The notes under the pieces were generated by a model that did not search any database, was not told the origin of the DNA, and saw nothing but the letters and a program-made list of their open reading frames with translations. A stretch of 64,000 bases of DNA, taken from assembly GCA_030824585.1 (NCBI GenBank), contig JAVBXM010000015.1:35380-99379 (forward strand), in the 5' to 3' direction. Source of the stretch: Phaeospirillum sp. Lineage in GTDB: Bacteria > Pseudomonadota > Alphaproteobacteria > Rhodospirillales > Magnetospirillaceae. Shown here piece after piece: positions 48,363 through 59,310 of this stretch (within the stretch, counting starts at the first letter, position 1; each line of letters starts with the position of its first letter). Position numbers and translations under genes: made by a program.

Positions 48363-48500
48363 CTAGAGTTTTTCGCACTTAAGCTGAAGCGGAAAGTCGA
48401 AAAACTCTTAAGCCCGAGCGGCGCCTGAGCCCTGAAAAAGCGGAGCTTTTTCGTATATACAGAATCCTGGAGTGCTTCAGCTTGAAGCTGATGCACTCTA
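48363..48500 (-). repeat. MITE/REP-like structured dispersed repeat, copy B (inverted relative to copy A)
   Basis: The reverse complement aligns to 13826-13962 with only a handful of substitutions. Termini are CTAGAGT...ACTCTAAG. The stop codon of the neighbouring MCP (48498-48500) lies inside the repeat terminus. Confidence 0.85.
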
Positions 48501-50663
48501 AGCGCAGCGGATTTCCTCGATGAACCCCGCCACCTCCCGGGCCAGTTGGTCGGAGGCCCCCTTGAGGCCGTTGGCGGCGTCATAGACCTGATCCGACATC
48601 AGCTTGGTCTCCTCGGCGGCGCCCGAGACCACCTCGACGTTCTCGGCGGCCGAGGCGGTGCCGTGGGCCGCCTGCTCCACCGAGCGGGCGATCTCGGCGG
48701 TGGCGGCGCCTTGCTCCTCCACCGCTGCGGCGATGGCCGAGGACAATTCGCTGATGTTCTCGATGGTTCCCGAGATGGAGCGGATGGCGTCCACCGCCGA
48801 GCGGGTCTCCGACTGGATGGCGGTGACCTGCTGGCCGATCTCCTCGGTGGCCTTGGCGGTCTGGTTGGCCAGATGCTTGACCTCGTTGGCCACCACCGCG
48901 AAGCCCTTGCCGGCGTCGCCGGCCCGCGCCGCCTCGATGGTGGCGTTGAGCGCCAGCAGGTTGGTCTGCGCCGCGATGTCGTTGATGAGGTTGACCACGT
49001 CGCCGATCTTCTGCGCCGCCTCGGCGAGGCCGCGCACCATGCGGTCGGTTTCGCCCGCCTGGCGCACCGCATTCCCCGAGATGGTGGCGGCATGGGCCAC
49101 CTGACGGGAAATCTCGGTCACCGAGGACGACAGTTCCTGGGTCGCCGCCGACACCGACTGGACGTTGGCGGTAACCTGCCCGGTCATGGCGGTGACGTTG
49201 CTCGCCTGCGCCATGGTCTGCTGGGCATTGGCCGACAGGGTCTGGGCATTGCCCAGCAGCGACCCTGACGACACGTCGATCAGATCGACCACGCCCTTGA
49301 CCCGGTCCTCCAGGGACTTGGCGACCCGGTTGAGCTCGGCCTTGCGGCTTTCCTCGGCCTGACGGTCCAGTTCGGCCTTTTCCAAGGTGGAATAGCCGAG
49401 CTTGGCCTTCAGGGCGCGCAGCAACGAATGCAACTGGCTGAACTCGTGCACGTCGGCCACCGGAATCTCGTGAGCCTGATTGCCGGCGGCGATGGCGTCG
49501 AAATGACGCTCCATGGCCCTGAGGGGAGTGCGGATGCCCGTCAGTATCCAGGCGGTAAGGACGAAGCCCAGGACGATGGCGGCGATCAAGGCACCGATCA
49601 CCAGCATGGCCTTCGACGACAGATTCTGTTCGGCCCTGGCGTAGGTATTGCCGGCATTCTTGCTCTGATAGGCGATCAGATCCTTCAGCGCCGCATGGTT
49701 GGCATTGTAGAGCGGCCGCATGGTTTCGCCGAAATGCCGGGCCAGGGCGGCGGCATCGGCCTTGCGGGCCAGATCGACGGCAGGCAGGAGCCCCTGGTCG
49801 CGAAAGGCCGTCCGCGCCTTGGCGTACTGCTCGATCAGGGCCTTTTCCTCGGGCCGATGGCCGGCCTGGGCATAGTGCTCCCATTTGCGGCTGATGGTCT
49901 GTGAGTTGGCGTCGATGGCGGTCAGACGTTCGCTGACCGGCACCCAGTGCTGGCTGGTCTGCAACTGAAGCGCAATGCTGGCGACCTGCCGATAGTTCTC
50001 CTGCGACAGGTCGACGATCTCCGCCAGATCGATGGCCGGCAGGGTGTTTTCCTGAAATATCTCACGGACGTCCTCGCCGATGCCGCGCATGCCGGAAATG
50101 CCCAGCCACCCCACCACCAGCATCAGCACGCCCAGCGTCGCCAGGACCCCGGACAGGCGCCCGGCGATGGAATTCTTCAGTTCGCCGAGCCGGCCGGCCA
50201 GCCCGGTGGGCACCACCCGTCCGTCGCGGATGGCCAGGCCCCGGGCCTTGCCGTCGCGGAACAACTGATAGGCCTGTTCGGCGGCGCCGATCTGGGCGCG
50301 GGTCGGCTTGGAGCGGATGGAGATGAAGCCGGCGATCCGGCCGTCCTCCATGAACGGCGTGACGTTGGCGCGCACCCAGTAATGATCGCCGCTCTTGGTG
50401 CGGTTCTTGACATAGCCTTCCCACGGCCGCCCCGACTTGGCGGCCGCCCACAGGTCGGCGAACGCCTCCTTGGGCATGTGGGGATGACGCACCAGATTGT
50501 GGGGCGAGCCCAGCAATTCCTGCTCGGTAAAGCCGCTGATGTCGATGAAGGCCTTGTTGACGAAGGTGATGCGGCCGCCGGCATCGGTGCGCGACACCAG
50601 CATGTCGCCGTCCCGCAACTCCACTTCGCGATTGGTTATCGGTCCATTGTCACGCATCAGCAT
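48498..50663 (-). CDS. PAS-domain methyl-accepting chemotaxis protein (Aer-like N-terminus)
   Basis: N-terminal PAS domain ([33 protein letters not shown]...W), 2 TM helices, HAMP, and the MCP motif [37 protein letters not shown]. Confidence 0.9.
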   Translation of the reverse strand: MLMRDNGPITNREVELRDGDMLVSRTDAGGRITFVNKAFIDISGFTEQELLGSPHNLVRHPHMPKEAFADLWAAAKSGRPWEGYVKNRTKSGDHYWVRANVTPFMEDGRIAGFISIRSKPTRAQIGAAEQAYQLFRDGKARGLAIRDGRVVPTGLAGRLGELKNSIAGRLSGVLATLGVLMLVVGWLGISGMRGIGEDVREIFQENTLPAIDLAEIVDLSQENYRQVASIALQLQTSQHWVPVSERLTAIDANSQTISRKWEHYAQAGHRPEEKALIEQYAKARTAFRDQGLLPAVDLARKADAAALARHFGETMRPLYNANHAALKDLIAYQSKNAGNTYARAEQNLSSKAMLVIGALIAAIVLGFVLTAWILTGIRTPLRAMERHFDAIAAGNQAHEIPVADVHEFSQLHSLLRALKAKLGYSTLEKAELDRQAEESRKAELNRVAKSLEDRVKGVVDLIDVSSGSLLGNAQTLSANAQQTMAQASNVTAMTGQVTANVQSVSAATQELSSSVTEISRQVAHAATISGNAVRQAGETDRMVRGLAEAAQKIGDVVNLINDIAAQTNLLALNATIEAARAGDAGKGFAVVANEVKHLANQTAKATEEIGQQVTAIQSETRSAVDAIRSISGTIENISELSSAIAAAVEEQGAATAEIARSVEQAAHGTASAAENVEVVSGAAEETKLMSDQVYDAANGLKGASDQLAREVAGFIEEIRCA

Positions 50664-50869
50664 CCTCCATCACGGCTTGATCGACCGGCCCGGTTGATCA
50701 GGCGACGCGACCACTTCAATCTTAGGACATACCACCCGCCACACCCTTAGAATGGTATGCGTTTATACGTATTCAAGAGGTCCGGCGGAAATTTCCGACT
50801 TCCAGGCTGCGGTATTCCGGGAAAAGTTTCTGTTGTGCCCTCCCCCATCCCGCCGGTAGGGTCCGCCCC

Positions 50870-51877
50870 ATGAGTGAAGTACAGACCATGACCGTCGCCG
50901 AGGAAGAGTCGGAGATTCGCCTCGATCGCTGGTTCAAGCGCCATTTCCCCACCGTCGGCCATGGGCTGCTGGAAAAGTGGCTGCGCGCCGGCAACGTCCG
51001 GGTGGACGGCAAGCGCGCCAAGTCCAACCAGCGGCTCGAGGCCGGGCAGGCCATCCGCGTCCCGCCGCTGCCCGCTGCCGAGGCCCCCACCTCCGAGGCA
51101 CGGGGGCGCGAGGCCAAGCCCGCCCCGGTGGACGAGAAGACCGCCCGCATGCTGCGCGACGCGGTGCTCTACATGGACGACGACATCATCGCCCTGAACA
51201 AGCCGGCCGGACTGGCGGTGCAGGGCGGCACCGGCATGGCCGACAAGCACCTGGACGCCTGGCTGGACGCGCTCAGCTTCGGTGCCGGCCGGCCCAAGCT
51301 GGTCCATCGCCTGGACAAGGACACCTCGGGGGTTCTGCTGCTGGGCCGCACCGCCAACGCCACCGCCAAGCTGGCCGCCGCGTTCAAGAGCCGCGCCGCC
51401 CGCAAGTGCTATTGGGCGCTGGTGGCCGGCGTGCCGCGCTATCCCCAGGGCCGCATCGACGCCCCCCTGGCCAAGCTGCCCGGCAAGGCCGGCGAGAAGA
51501 TGGCGGTGGACAAGGAGGACGGCAAGCACGCCGTCACCTATTACCGCGTGGTGGATTCCACCCTGAAGCGGGCCGCCTGGCTGGAACTGGAGCCGCGCAC
51601 CGGGCGCACCCACCAGTTGCGCGCCCACTGCCTGCTGCTGGGCACGCCGATCATGGGCGACGGCAAGTATGGCGGAGCGGCCGCCCTGATCGAAGGCACC
51701 GGCGTATCGCGCAAGCTGCACCTGCACGCCCGCGCCGTGCGCCTGCCCCATCCACGCACCGGCAAGCCACTGGAGATCTCGGCGCCGCTGCCGTCCCACA
51801 TCAAGGCCAGCTTCGATTTCTTCGGCTTCACCGAGGGCGAATCCGGCCCGCCCTTCGTTTCCTTCGACGAAGAATAG
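50870..51877 (+). CDS. RluA-family 23S rRNA pseudouridine synthase (RluC/D-like, S4 domain)
   Basis: S4-like N-terminus (IRLDRWFKRHFP...) and the catalytic motif HRLDKDTSGVLLL. Confidence 0.85.
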   Translation: MSEVQTMTVAEEESEIRLDRWFKRHFPTVGHGLLEKWLRAGNVRVDGKRAKSNQRLEAGQAIRVPPLPAAEAPTSEARGREAKPAPVDEKTARMLRDAVLYMDDDIIALNKPAGLAVQGGTGMADKHLDAWLDALSFGAGRPKLVHRLDKDTSGVLLLGRTANATAKLAAAFKSRAARKCYWALVAGVPRYPQGRIDAPLAKLPGKAGEKMAVDKEDGKHAVTYYRVVDSTLKRAAWLELEPRTGRTHQLRAHCLLLGTPIMGDGKYGGAAALIEGTGVSRKLHLHARAVRLPHPRTGKPLEISAPLPSHIKASFDFFGFTEGESGPPFVSFDEE

Positions 51878-51975
51878 AAAGACGTCATCATTCCGCCGCA
51901 TTCCGGCGGTTGGTTGTGGGGCCCCGATGGGGTAAGATAACCCTACGAAAAATACGAGCAGCGCGCCGGAGCCCG

Positions 51976-52665
51976 ATGTCCCATCTGCGCCTTGCCGTCT
52001 TCGATGTGGACGGCACCCTGGTGGACAGCCAGCACAATATCGTTTCGGCCATGACCGAGGCGTGGAGCAACTTGAACCTGGGCATCCCCCGGCCCGAGCA
52101 GGTGCGCCGCATCATCGGCCTGTCCCTGGTGGATGCCTGCGCCGTGCTGCTGCCCTGGGCCAACCCCACCGTTCACCGCGCCGTGGCCGACGCCTACAAG
52201 GAAGCCTTCCGCGCCATGCGCCTGCTGCCCGACACCATGGAGCCGCTGTTTCCCGGCGTGAAGGAAGCCCTGGACCGGCTGGAGGGCGAGGGCTGGCTGC
52301 TGGGCATCGCCACCGGCAAGTCGCGGCGCGGCGTCGATTCCCTGCTGGAGGCTCACGGCCTCGAGGGCCGTTTCGTCACCATCCAGACCGCCGACGACAA
52401 CCCCAGCAAGCCCAACCCGGCCATGCTGCGCCGGGCCGCCGCCGATTGCGGACTCGAACCGGGCGAGATCGTCATGATCGGCGACACCGCCTATGACATG
52501 GCCATGGCCGCCGCCGCCCGCACCGCCGCCGTCGGCGTGTCGTGGGGCTATCATTCCCTGGACGAACTGCAGCGGGCCGGTGCCCAGGTGGTACTCGACA
52601 CCTTCGACAATCTGACCGAAGTGCTGGACGCCATCACCGGAGAGAAGGCCGGAGACGGGGCATGA
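51976..52665 (+). CDS. HAD-superfamily hydrolase (phosphoglycolate phosphatase-like)
   Basis: DxDxT motif VFDVDGTLVDS, plus GIATGKSRRG and GDTAYDM. Confidence 0.8.
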   Translation: MSHLRLAVFDVDGTLVDSQHNIVSAMTEAWSNLNLGIPRPEQVRRIIGLSLVDACAVLLPWANPTVHRAVADAYKEAFRAMRLLPDTMEPLFPGVKEALDRLEGEGWLLGIATGKSRRGVDSLLEAHGLEGRFVTIQTADDNPSKPNPAMLRRAAADCGLEPGEIVMIGDTAYDMAMAAAARTAAVGVSWGYHSLDELQRAGAQVVLDTFDNLTEVLDAITGEKAGDGA

Positions 52666-54689
52666 GGCTGAGCACGATTGCCAAGATCGTCGCCGCCCTG
52701 GTCCTGGTTCTGGTGATTGCGGTGATCGGGGCCGGCAAGGCCCTGAAATCCGACATCTACAACGCCTTCCTGGCCGAGCGGGTCAAGGCCGCCACCGGTC
52801 TCGACCTCTCCTTCGCCGGCGCCACCAAGCTGAAACTGGGGCCGTCGCCGGTGCTCAGCTTCACCGGCGTGACCCTGTCGGCCGGCAATGGGGCGGCCGG
52901 CAAGGGCGCCGATATCCTCTACATCGACCGCATCGAGGCCCGCGTCGCCCTGGTGCCGCTGGCGCTTCGCCAGTTGCGGCTGGAGACGGTCTCCCTGATC
53001 CGTCCGGTGGTGCACGCGCCGAACCTGGCCCGTCTGGCCGCCTTCCAGCCCGTCGACATCACCGATGCGCCGTCGGGAGCCCCCCTCACCCGTCTCGCCC
53101 TGTCCGAGGTGCGCATCGAGGATGCCGCCATCCGCTGGAGCGGCGGCACCATCCAGGTGACCAAGGCCCTGGCGCGGCCGGAAAGCGAAACCGGCGGGCC
53201 GGTGGCGCTGCAGTTGGATGGGCGCTGGCAGGACAGCCGCTTCGACCTCACCGGGGTGATCGGCCCCCTGTCCGCCCTGGGCGGCGCCAAGCCCTATCCC
53301 ATCCAGATCAAGGGCGCCGTGGGCGGCGCCAACCTCACCCTGCGCGGCGCCCTGACGGCGCCGCTGGCCGGCAAGGGCCTCGACCTGGAATTCCGCGCCC
53401 AGGGAGAGGAACTGGCCGACCTGCTGCGCCTGCGGCCCGACAAGGCGCCGGCCCAGGCGTTCGGCCCCTTCAAGCTGGCGGCCCGCGTCACCGATGCCGC
53501 CGGCCCGCTGGCCCTGTCCGACATCGACGCCGTCATCGGCCGCCGCGAATCCCAACTGATCACCGCCAAGGGGCAGATCGCCGACGCCACGGGCCTGAAC
53601 GGGGTCGACATGACCGTCAGCCTGGAGGCCGAATCCCTGAGCGGCGCCATGCGCATGCTGGGCCTCGACCTGCCCAATGCCGGGCCGGTCAAGCTGTCCG
53701 CCCGGCTGGCCGACATCGAGAACGGCTGGCGCCTCACCGGCCTGAAAAGCAACCTGGGCAAGAGCGATCTGGCCGGAGAGCTGTCCCTGGTCCTGGCGCC
53801 GCGTCCGCGCCTGTATGGCCGCCTGGCCGCCGCCCAGTTGAACCTGGGGGACTTCTCCCTGCCGCCGTCGCGCGGCGCCCCGTCCCAGTCCTCGCAGCCG
53901 CAACGCCCGGCCATTCCCATCGACGACGGCCGCATCCTCGGTGTCGAGCCCCTGGCCCTCGACCTGATCAAGGACATGGACGCCGCCCTGTCGCTGGCCG
54001 CCACCCGCCTTCAGGTGGGACAAGCCACCCTGTCCGACGCCACCGGCGAATTACGCATGGCGGCCGGGCGGCTGACGCTGGAGGCCTTCGCCGCCCGCGC
54101 CGGCGAGGGGAAGCTGGCCGGTGAGCTCAGGCTGGACGCCGTGGCCAAGATTCCCCTCCTGACGCTGCGCCTGAGCGGCGGCGGCATCGATCCCGCCCTC
54201 CTGACCGGCGGCGCCCTGAAGGGGGCCAAGGCCGATTTTACCCTCGATCTCAAGACCCAGGGCGCCAATCTCCGCACCATGGCCGGCAGCGCCGAGGGCA
54301 GCCTTGCCGTCACCCTGGGCGAGACGACGCTGGCCAAGAACGGTGGCGGCGAGCTTCCCGCCCGGCTGGCCCGCGACCTGGATGGCGGCGCGCAGACCGT
54401 CGATGGGCTGCGCCTGCGCTGCCTGGTGGCCCGCCTGCCGGTCAAGGCCGGGCTGGTCGGCATGGACCGTGGCCTGGGCGTGGAAACCGCCGCCTCGGGC
54501 GCCATGGCCTTCGGCACCATCGATCTGCGGACCGAGGTTGTGGACGTCACGGTGGCCAGCCGTGGCGCGCCCCCCCTGAAGATCAAGGGTGTCCTGGGGG
54601 CGCCGATCGTCACGTCGGAAGGGGCCGGACGGGTCCAGGCCGATGCCACGCCCTGCCGCACCGCCCAGGCCCGCCGTCTCGTCCGCTGA
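52662..54689 (+). CDS. AsmA-family outer-membrane biogenesis protein
   Basis: 675 aa with an N-terminal anchor MRLSTIAKIVAALVLVLVIAV. The low-complexity beta-rich body has AsmA-like terminal segments. There is an ATGA overlap with the HAD gene. Confidence 0.7.
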   Translation: MRLSTIAKIVAALVLVLVIAVIGAGKALKSDIYNAFLAERVKAATGLDLSFAGATKLKLGPSPVLSFTGVTLSAGNGAAGKGADILYIDRIEARVALVPLALRQLRLETVSLIRPVVHAPNLARLAAFQPVDITDAPSGAPLTRLALSEVRIEDAAIRWSGGTIQVTKALARPESETGGPVALQLDGRWQDSRFDLTGVIGPLSALGGAKPYPIQIKGAVGGANLTLRGALTAPLAGKGLDLEFRAQGEELADLLRLRPDKAPAQAFGPFKLAARVTDAAGPLALSDIDAVIGRRESQLITAKGQIADATGLNGVDMTVSLEAESLSGAMRMLGLDLPNAGPVKLSARLADIENGWRLTGLKSNLGKSDLAGELSLVLAPRPRLYGRLAAAQLNLGDFSLPPSRGAPSQSSQPQRPAIPIDDGRILGVEPLALDLIKDMDAALSLAATRLQVGQATLSDATGELRMAAGRLTLEAFAARAGEGKLAGELRLDAVAKIPLLTLRLSGGGIDPALLTGGALKGAKADFTLDLKTQGANLRTMAGSAEGSLAVTLGETTLAKNGGGELPARLARDLDGGAQTVDGLRLRCLVARLPVKAGLVGMDRGLGVETAASGAMAFGTIDLRTEVVDVTVASRGAPPLKIKGVLGAPIVTSEGAGRVQADATPCRTAQARRLVR

Positions 54690-54720
54690 GCCAACTCCCA
54701 TCCGCGAAGGCATTTTCCCC

Positions 54721-55431
54721 GTGCTCAAGTCCATCAAGCGTTTCTACAAGGATGCCGCCGTCCAGGCCGGCGACCATGGGTTCTCCATCGTGCTGGACGG
54801 CAAGGCCATCAAGACCCCCGGCGCCCGCCTCCTGGCCGTGCCCTTCCCCAGGCTGGCCGATGTCATCGCCGAGGAGTGGCGCAGCCAGGGCGAGCAGATC
54901 CTGCCCTCCTCCATGCCCATGACCCAATTGGCCAGCACCGCCCTGGACCGGGTCGGGCCCGAGCGCCCGCATATCACCCGGCAACTGATGAACTATGCCG
55001 GCACCGACCTGCTGTGCTACCGCGCCGCCACTCCCGCCGACCTGGTGGCGCGTCAGACCGCCGCCTGGCAACCCCTGCTGGATTGGGCCGCCCAGACCCT
55101 GGATGCGCCGCTGGTCACCACCACCGGCCTGACCGCCGTGGCCCAACCAGCCGGAGCCCTGGCCGCCCTGCTGCGCCATGTGCAATCCCATGACGACTGG
55201 CGGCTGACCGCCATCCAGTCGGCCACCGCCGCCATGGGATCGCTGATCCTCGGCCTCGCCCTGGCCGCGGGCCGCCTGGATGCCGAAGCGGCCTTCCAGG
55301 CCTCGCAGACGGATGAAACCTACCAGATCGAACTGTGGGGGGAGGATTGGGAAGCCGCCGACCGCCGCGCCGAACTCAGGGCCGATATCGAGGCGGCGGC
55401 CAAGTTCCTGGGGCTGCTCAGCCCTTCCTGA
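54721..55431 (+). CDS. ATP12-family F1-ATPase assembly chaperone
   Basis: KRFYKDAAVQAGDHGFSIVLDGKAIKTPGARLLAVP...EEWRSQGEQI is the ATP12 pattern. GTG at 54721 is the proposed start. Confidence 0.75.
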   Translation: MLKSIKRFYKDAAVQAGDHGFSIVLDGKAIKTPGARLLAVPFPRLADVIAEEWRSQGEQILPSSMPMTQLASTALDRVGPERPHITRQLMNYAGTDLLCYRAATPADLVARQTAAWQPLLDWAAQTLDAPLVTTTGLTAVAQPAGALAALLRHVQSHDDWRLTAIQSATAAMGSLILGLALAAGRLDAEAAFQASQTDETYQIELWGEDWEAADRRAELRADIEAAAKFLGLLSPS

Positions 55432-56575
55432 AGGCGCACCAGAAGCCGGGCGGGCCGCGGTGGAGGTCGATCTCGATGGCCACTTCCTTGAATCCGTTTT
55501 CCGCCGCCAGACGCCGGAGATAGGCCCGGCTATGGGCGTACTCTCCCGGCCCCGTGACCGCCACTTCGCGGGGGTCGGACAGCGGATCCACGGAAAACAG
55601 GAACGCCCCGCCGGGGGTCAACAGGCGGGACGCCTGGGTGAAGAACGGCCCAAGATCGGCGAAATAATAAAGAACACCCGAAGACAGGATAGTCTCGAAC
55701 GGTCCCTCGACCGTGTGCAGAACCCCCGGCAAATCCCCTTCAATCAGCGTGTCGTAAATCTTGCGCTCCCGCGCCTGGGCCACCATGGCCACCGAACGTT
55801 CGATACCGGTGACCAGGCTTGCCGAAGCGGGCAACCTGGAGCCCAGCAGACCGGTCCCGGTCCCCAGTTCCAAAACCCGGCGCATGGGCCGGCCGGGAAA
55901 ATTATCCTGATAAAGCCCGAGCAGACGATTGCTGAACCAATTGTGCAATTCGTTTTGATCATAGCCAACGGCAATACCGTCAAGGCGCTCGATGCTCATC
56001 CGAACCTCTTCCGCGCCATCCCAGTCGGCAAGCATCTCGGAATAACATTCCACAGCTTCCTCCCTCCGCTGGAGGGACAGCAGAGCCGATGAAAGGTTAT
56101 GGCGAATGGAGAAATCCTCGGGCAAGGCCTCGCGGGCAAGGCTCAACGTGACGAAGGCTTCCTGATACTGACCAATATAGATCTGGGCCATGCCCAGAAA
56201 TGGCAGGAATCGGGTATCGCCATCAATGAGATGGGCGTAATCGCGGCACAAGGCCACGGTGTCTTCATAAGCCTTCATCTGAGCCAAGCCCAAAAAGATA
56301 TCGAAGACATAATCCGCATGAGGCTTGAGGCGCAGGGCCTCTCGGAGAATTCCCACTCCCTCGGCATGCCGCCCCGCCTTCAGACAGGTTTTCCCCATCA
56401 TTCCGATAACGGAGGGATTGCCGGGCGCGGCCTGATTGACTTGGATAAAAAGAGCCAACGCCCCTTCGAAATCCTCTTTAGCGACCAGGCCGAGAGCCGA
56501 TTGGAAGGCATCATCAGGGCTCATCAGACCTTCTCCCAGTGAAACTTTTCCCATTGGTACCCCGCCGCTACACAT
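55418..56575 (-). CDS. TPR-repeat + class I SAM-dependent methyltransferase protein
   Basis: N-terminal TPR-like repeats and methyltransferase motif I, VLELGTGTGLLG. The start is uncertain (candidates at 56575, 56554 and 56524). The 3' end overlaps the convergent ATP12 gene by 14 nt. Confidence 0.7.
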   Translation of the reverse strand: MCSGGVPMGKVSLGEGLMSPDDAFQSALGLVAKEDFEGALALFIQVNQAAPGNPSVIGMMGKTCLKAGRHAEGVGILREALRLKPHADYVFDIFLGLAQMKAYEDTVALCRDYAHLIDGDTRFLPFLGMAQIYIGQYQEAFVTLSLAREALPEDFSIRHNLSSALLSLQRREEAVECYSEMLADWDGAEEVRMSIERLDGIAVGYDQNELHNWFSNRLLGLYQDNFPGRPMRRVLELGTGTGLLGSRLPASASLVTGIERSVAMVAQARERKIYDTLIEGDLPGVLHTVEGPFETILSSGVLYYFADLGPFFTQASRLLTPGGAFLFSVDPLSDPREVAVTGPGEYAHSRAYLRRLAAENGFKEVAIEIDLHRGPPGFWCAFRKG

Positions 56576-56599
56576 CTGTCACGGGAAAAGCTATTGGCC

Positions 56600-56636
56600 C
56601 AAAAGAAAGAGGCCGTTCCTTGCGGAACGGCCTCTC
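56600..56636 (-). terminator. Rho-independent terminator after rplQ
   Basis: Minus strand reads AGAGGCCGTTCC-GCAA-GGAACGGCCTCT then TTCTTTT, a 12-bp perfect stem. Confidence 0.85.
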
Positions 56637-56667
56637 CTTATCTCAAAGACGCTTGCAGCCGAAGGAT

Positions 56668-57090
56668 TTACTCCTCGTCGGCATCGGCCTTCTTGTCGGC
56701 GGTCGGGCCGGAATCGGCGCCCTTGGCGGTCGGGTCACGATCGACCAGCTCGATGATGGCCATGGGGGCGCAATCGCCGTAGCGGAAGCCGGCCTTCAGC
56801 ACGCGGGTGTAGCCGCCGTTGCGGGTCTTGTAGCGCTCGCCGATCACGGCGAACAGCTTGGCGACCACCTTGTCGTCGCGCAGGAAGGCATAGGCCTGAC
56901 GGCGGGCGTGCAGGTCGCCGCGCTTGCCCAGCGTGATCAGCTTCTCGACCACGGGACGCAGGTCCTTGGCCTTGGGCAGGGTGGTCTTGATCTGCTCGTG
57001 CTTGAGCAGGGCGTTGGACAAGCTGACGAACAGGGCCTTACGGGCCGACTTGTCGCGGTTCAGCTTACGGCCGGACATACCATGACGCAT
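56668..57090 (-). CDS. rplQ: 50S ribosomal protein L17
   Basis: [21 protein letters not shown]... Confidence 0.97.
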   Translation of the reverse strand: MRHGMSGRKLNRDKSARKALFVSLSNALLKHEQIKTTLPKAKDLRPVVEKLITLGKRGDLHARRQAYAFLRDDKVVAKLFAVIGERYKTRNGGYTRVLKAGFRYGDCAPMAIIELVDRDPTAKGADSGPTADKKADADEE

Positions 57091-57189
57091 AACAACTCTC
57101 CTCGTCGCTTGGCCTCGCCGGGCGAGACCGATTGTACTGCCGCATCGCCTCCATCAGGGAGAACGGGCGGGTGGACCGGATGGTCCTAA

Positions 57190-57240
57190 AACAGCTTACG
57201 GCGCGACACTGGGGCTGGTAGGGCGGCCAGTGTCGCGCCG
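57190..57240 (-). terminator. Strong hairpin (attenuator/terminator) between rpoA and rplQ
   Basis: 14-bp perfect stem CGGCGCGACACTGG (57199-57212) / CCAGTGTCGCGCCG (57227-57240), followed on the minus strand by TAAGCTGTTTT. Confidence 0.6.
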
Positions 57241-57245
57241 GAAAA

Positions 57246-58262
57246 TCAATAAGGCTCTTCCAGCTTCTTGGCCAGCTCTTCGATATTCTCCGGCGGCCAA
57301 TTGGCGATTTCCATGCCCAGGTGCAGACCCATCTGCGCCAGCACTTCCTTGATCTCGTTCAGCGACTTGCGACCGAAATTGGGAGTACGCAGCATCTCGG
57401 CCTCGGTCTTTTGGACCAGATCGCCGATATAGATGATGTTGTCGTTCTTCAGGCAGTTGGCCGAGCGGACCGAAAGCTCCAGCTCGTCGACCTTGCGCAG
57501 CAGGTTCTTGTTGAAGGGCAGTTCGTCCTTCTTCTCTTCCTCGACGACCGCGGTGGGCTCCTCGAAGTTGATGAACAGCTGCAGCTGGTCCTGCAGGATG
57601 CGCGCCGCCAGGGCCACCGCGTCATCCGGCGTGACCGCGCCGTTGGTCTCGACGGTCATGGACAGCTTGTCGTAGTCGGTGACCTGGCCCACGCGGGTGT
57701 TTTCCACCTTGTAGGCGACCTTGCGCACCGGCGAGAAGATGGCGTCGATCGGAATGAGGCCGATCGGCGAATCCTCGGGACGGTTCTGCGAGGCGGGGAC
57801 GTAGCCCTTGCCGGTCTCGACCGTGAACTCGATGTTCAGCTTGGCGCCCTCGTCCAGGGTGCACAGCACCAGGTCGGGGTCCATGATCTCGATGTCGTGA
57901 CCGACCTCGATCAGACCGGCGGTGACTTCGCCCGGGCCGACCGCACGCAGGTGCATGCGCTTCGGGCCCTCGCCATGCATGCGCAGGCCGAGAGTCTTGA
58001 TGTTGAGGATGATGTCGGTGACATCTTCCCGCACGCCGGGGATCGACGAGAATTCGTGCAGAACGCCGTCGATCTGGATGGCGGTGACGGCGGCACCCTG
58101 CAGCGACGACAGCAGCACGCGACGCAAGGAATTGCCCAGCGTCATGCCGAAGCCGCGCTCCAGCGGCTCGGCGACCACGGTGGCGCTACGCTGCGCATCG
58201 GCCCCGGGCTCCACATGGAGCTTGTTGGGCTTAATCAGTTCCTGCCAGTTCTTCTGAATCAC
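57246..58262 (-). CDS. rpoA: DNA-directed RNA polymerase alpha subunit
   Basis: [15 protein letters not shown]... with a GTG start at 58262. 338 aa with a conserved NTD and CTD. Confidence 0.96.
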   Translation of the reverse strand: MIQKNWQELIKPNKLHVEPGADAQRSATVVAEPLERGFGMTLGNSLRRVLLSSLQGAAVTAIQIDGVLHEFSSIPGVREDVTDIILNIKTLGLRMHGEGPKRMHLRAVGPGEVTAGLIEVGHDIEIMDPDLVLCTLDEGAKLNIEFTVETGKGYVPASQNRPEDSPIGLIPIDAIFSPVRKVAYKVENTRVGQVTDYDKLSMTVETNGAVTPDDAVALAARILQDQLQLFINFEEPTAVVEEEKKDELPFNKNLLRKVDELELSVRSANCLKNDNIIYIGDLVQKTEAEMLRTPNFGRKSLNEIKEVLAQMGLHLGMEIANWPPENIEELAKKLEEPY

Positions 58263-58362
58263 GAGCGTGACCTCATGCTGAACAAAGGAAAACGAAAACG
58301 GGCGTGCCGCCGAACCTCCCCGTGCGAGGAAGCCGGCGGCATCCCATTCCAAGGAAACCCGG

Positions 58363-58758
58363 TCAGACGCGACGGCGCTTGCGCGGCCGGCACCCGTTGT
58401 GCGGGATCGGCGTGACGTCGCGGATCGAGGTGATCTGGAAGCCCACGGCCTGCAAAGCGCGCAGAGCGGACTCGCGACCAGCGCCAGGACCCTTCACCTC
58501 GACCTCGAGGGTGCGCATGCCGTGCTCGGAGGCCTTGCGGCCCGCGTCCTCGGCAGCCACCTGGGCCGCGTACGGAGTCGACTTGCGCGAGCCCTTGAAG
58601 CCCTGCATACCAGCCGACGACCAGGAAATGGTGTTACCCTGGGCATCGGTGATGGTGATCATGGTGTTGTTGAACGTGGCGTTAACGTGCGCCACGCCCG
58701 AGGTGATGTTCTTGCGCTCGCGGCGACGAGGACGCGCGGCAGCAGCAGGCTTAGCCAT
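58363..58758 (-). CDS. rpsK: 30S ribosomal protein S11
   Basis: ...[18 protein letters not shown]...[14 protein letters not shown]. Confidence 0.97.
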   Translation of the reverse strand: MAKPAAAARPRRRERKNITSGVAHVNATFNNTMITITDAQGNTISWSSAGMQGFKGSRKSTPYAAQVAAEDAGRKASEHGMRTLEVEVKGPGAGRESALRALQAVGFQITSIRDVTPIPHNGCRPRKRRRV

Positions 58759-58770
58759 CGGAGGTGTTCC

Positions 58771-59148
58771 TTACTTCGTAACTTTCTTCTTGCCGGCAAT
58801 CGGCTTCGCCGGACCCTTGCGGGTACGGGCATTCGTGTGGGTCCGCTGACCGTGGACCGGCAGGCCACGGCGATGGCGCAGGCCGCGATAGCAGCCCAGG
58901 TCCATCAGACGCTTGATGTTCATGGCCACGGCACGACGCAGGTCGCCTTCGACCTGGAAGTCGCGATCGATGAGCTCACGAATCTTGAGCACTTCGTCGT
59001 CGGTCAGCTGATTGACACGACGCTCGGCGGGGATGCCCAGCGAGGTGGTGATCTCCGCCGCCTTGGCGCGACCGATGCCATGAATGTAGGTCAGCGCGAT
59101 CAGAACGCGCTTATTCGTCGGAATATTGACGCCAGCGATACGAGCCAA
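58771..59148 (-). CDS. rpsM: 30S ribosomal protein S13
   Basis: [26 protein letters not shown]. Confidence 0.97.
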   Translation of the reverse strand: MARIAGVNIPTNKRVLIALTYIHGIGRAKAAEITTSLGIPAERRVNQLTDDEVLKIRELIDRDFQVEGDLRRAVAMNIKRLMDLGCYRGLRHRRGLPVHGQRTHTNARTRKGPAKPIAGKKKVTK

Positions 59149-59310
59149 AGCTGGTTACTCCTTCACCAGAAAAAAGACCGCGCCACGAAATGACCCGGAG
59201 CCGTTAACCAAAAACGCGCCCCTGGCCTCGCCCATGACGGGGGAAACCGAAGGTGCGGGATTATAGGGCGATTCGATCAAGAGTCAACCGTCTCGCCCCA
59301 TAGAATCACA

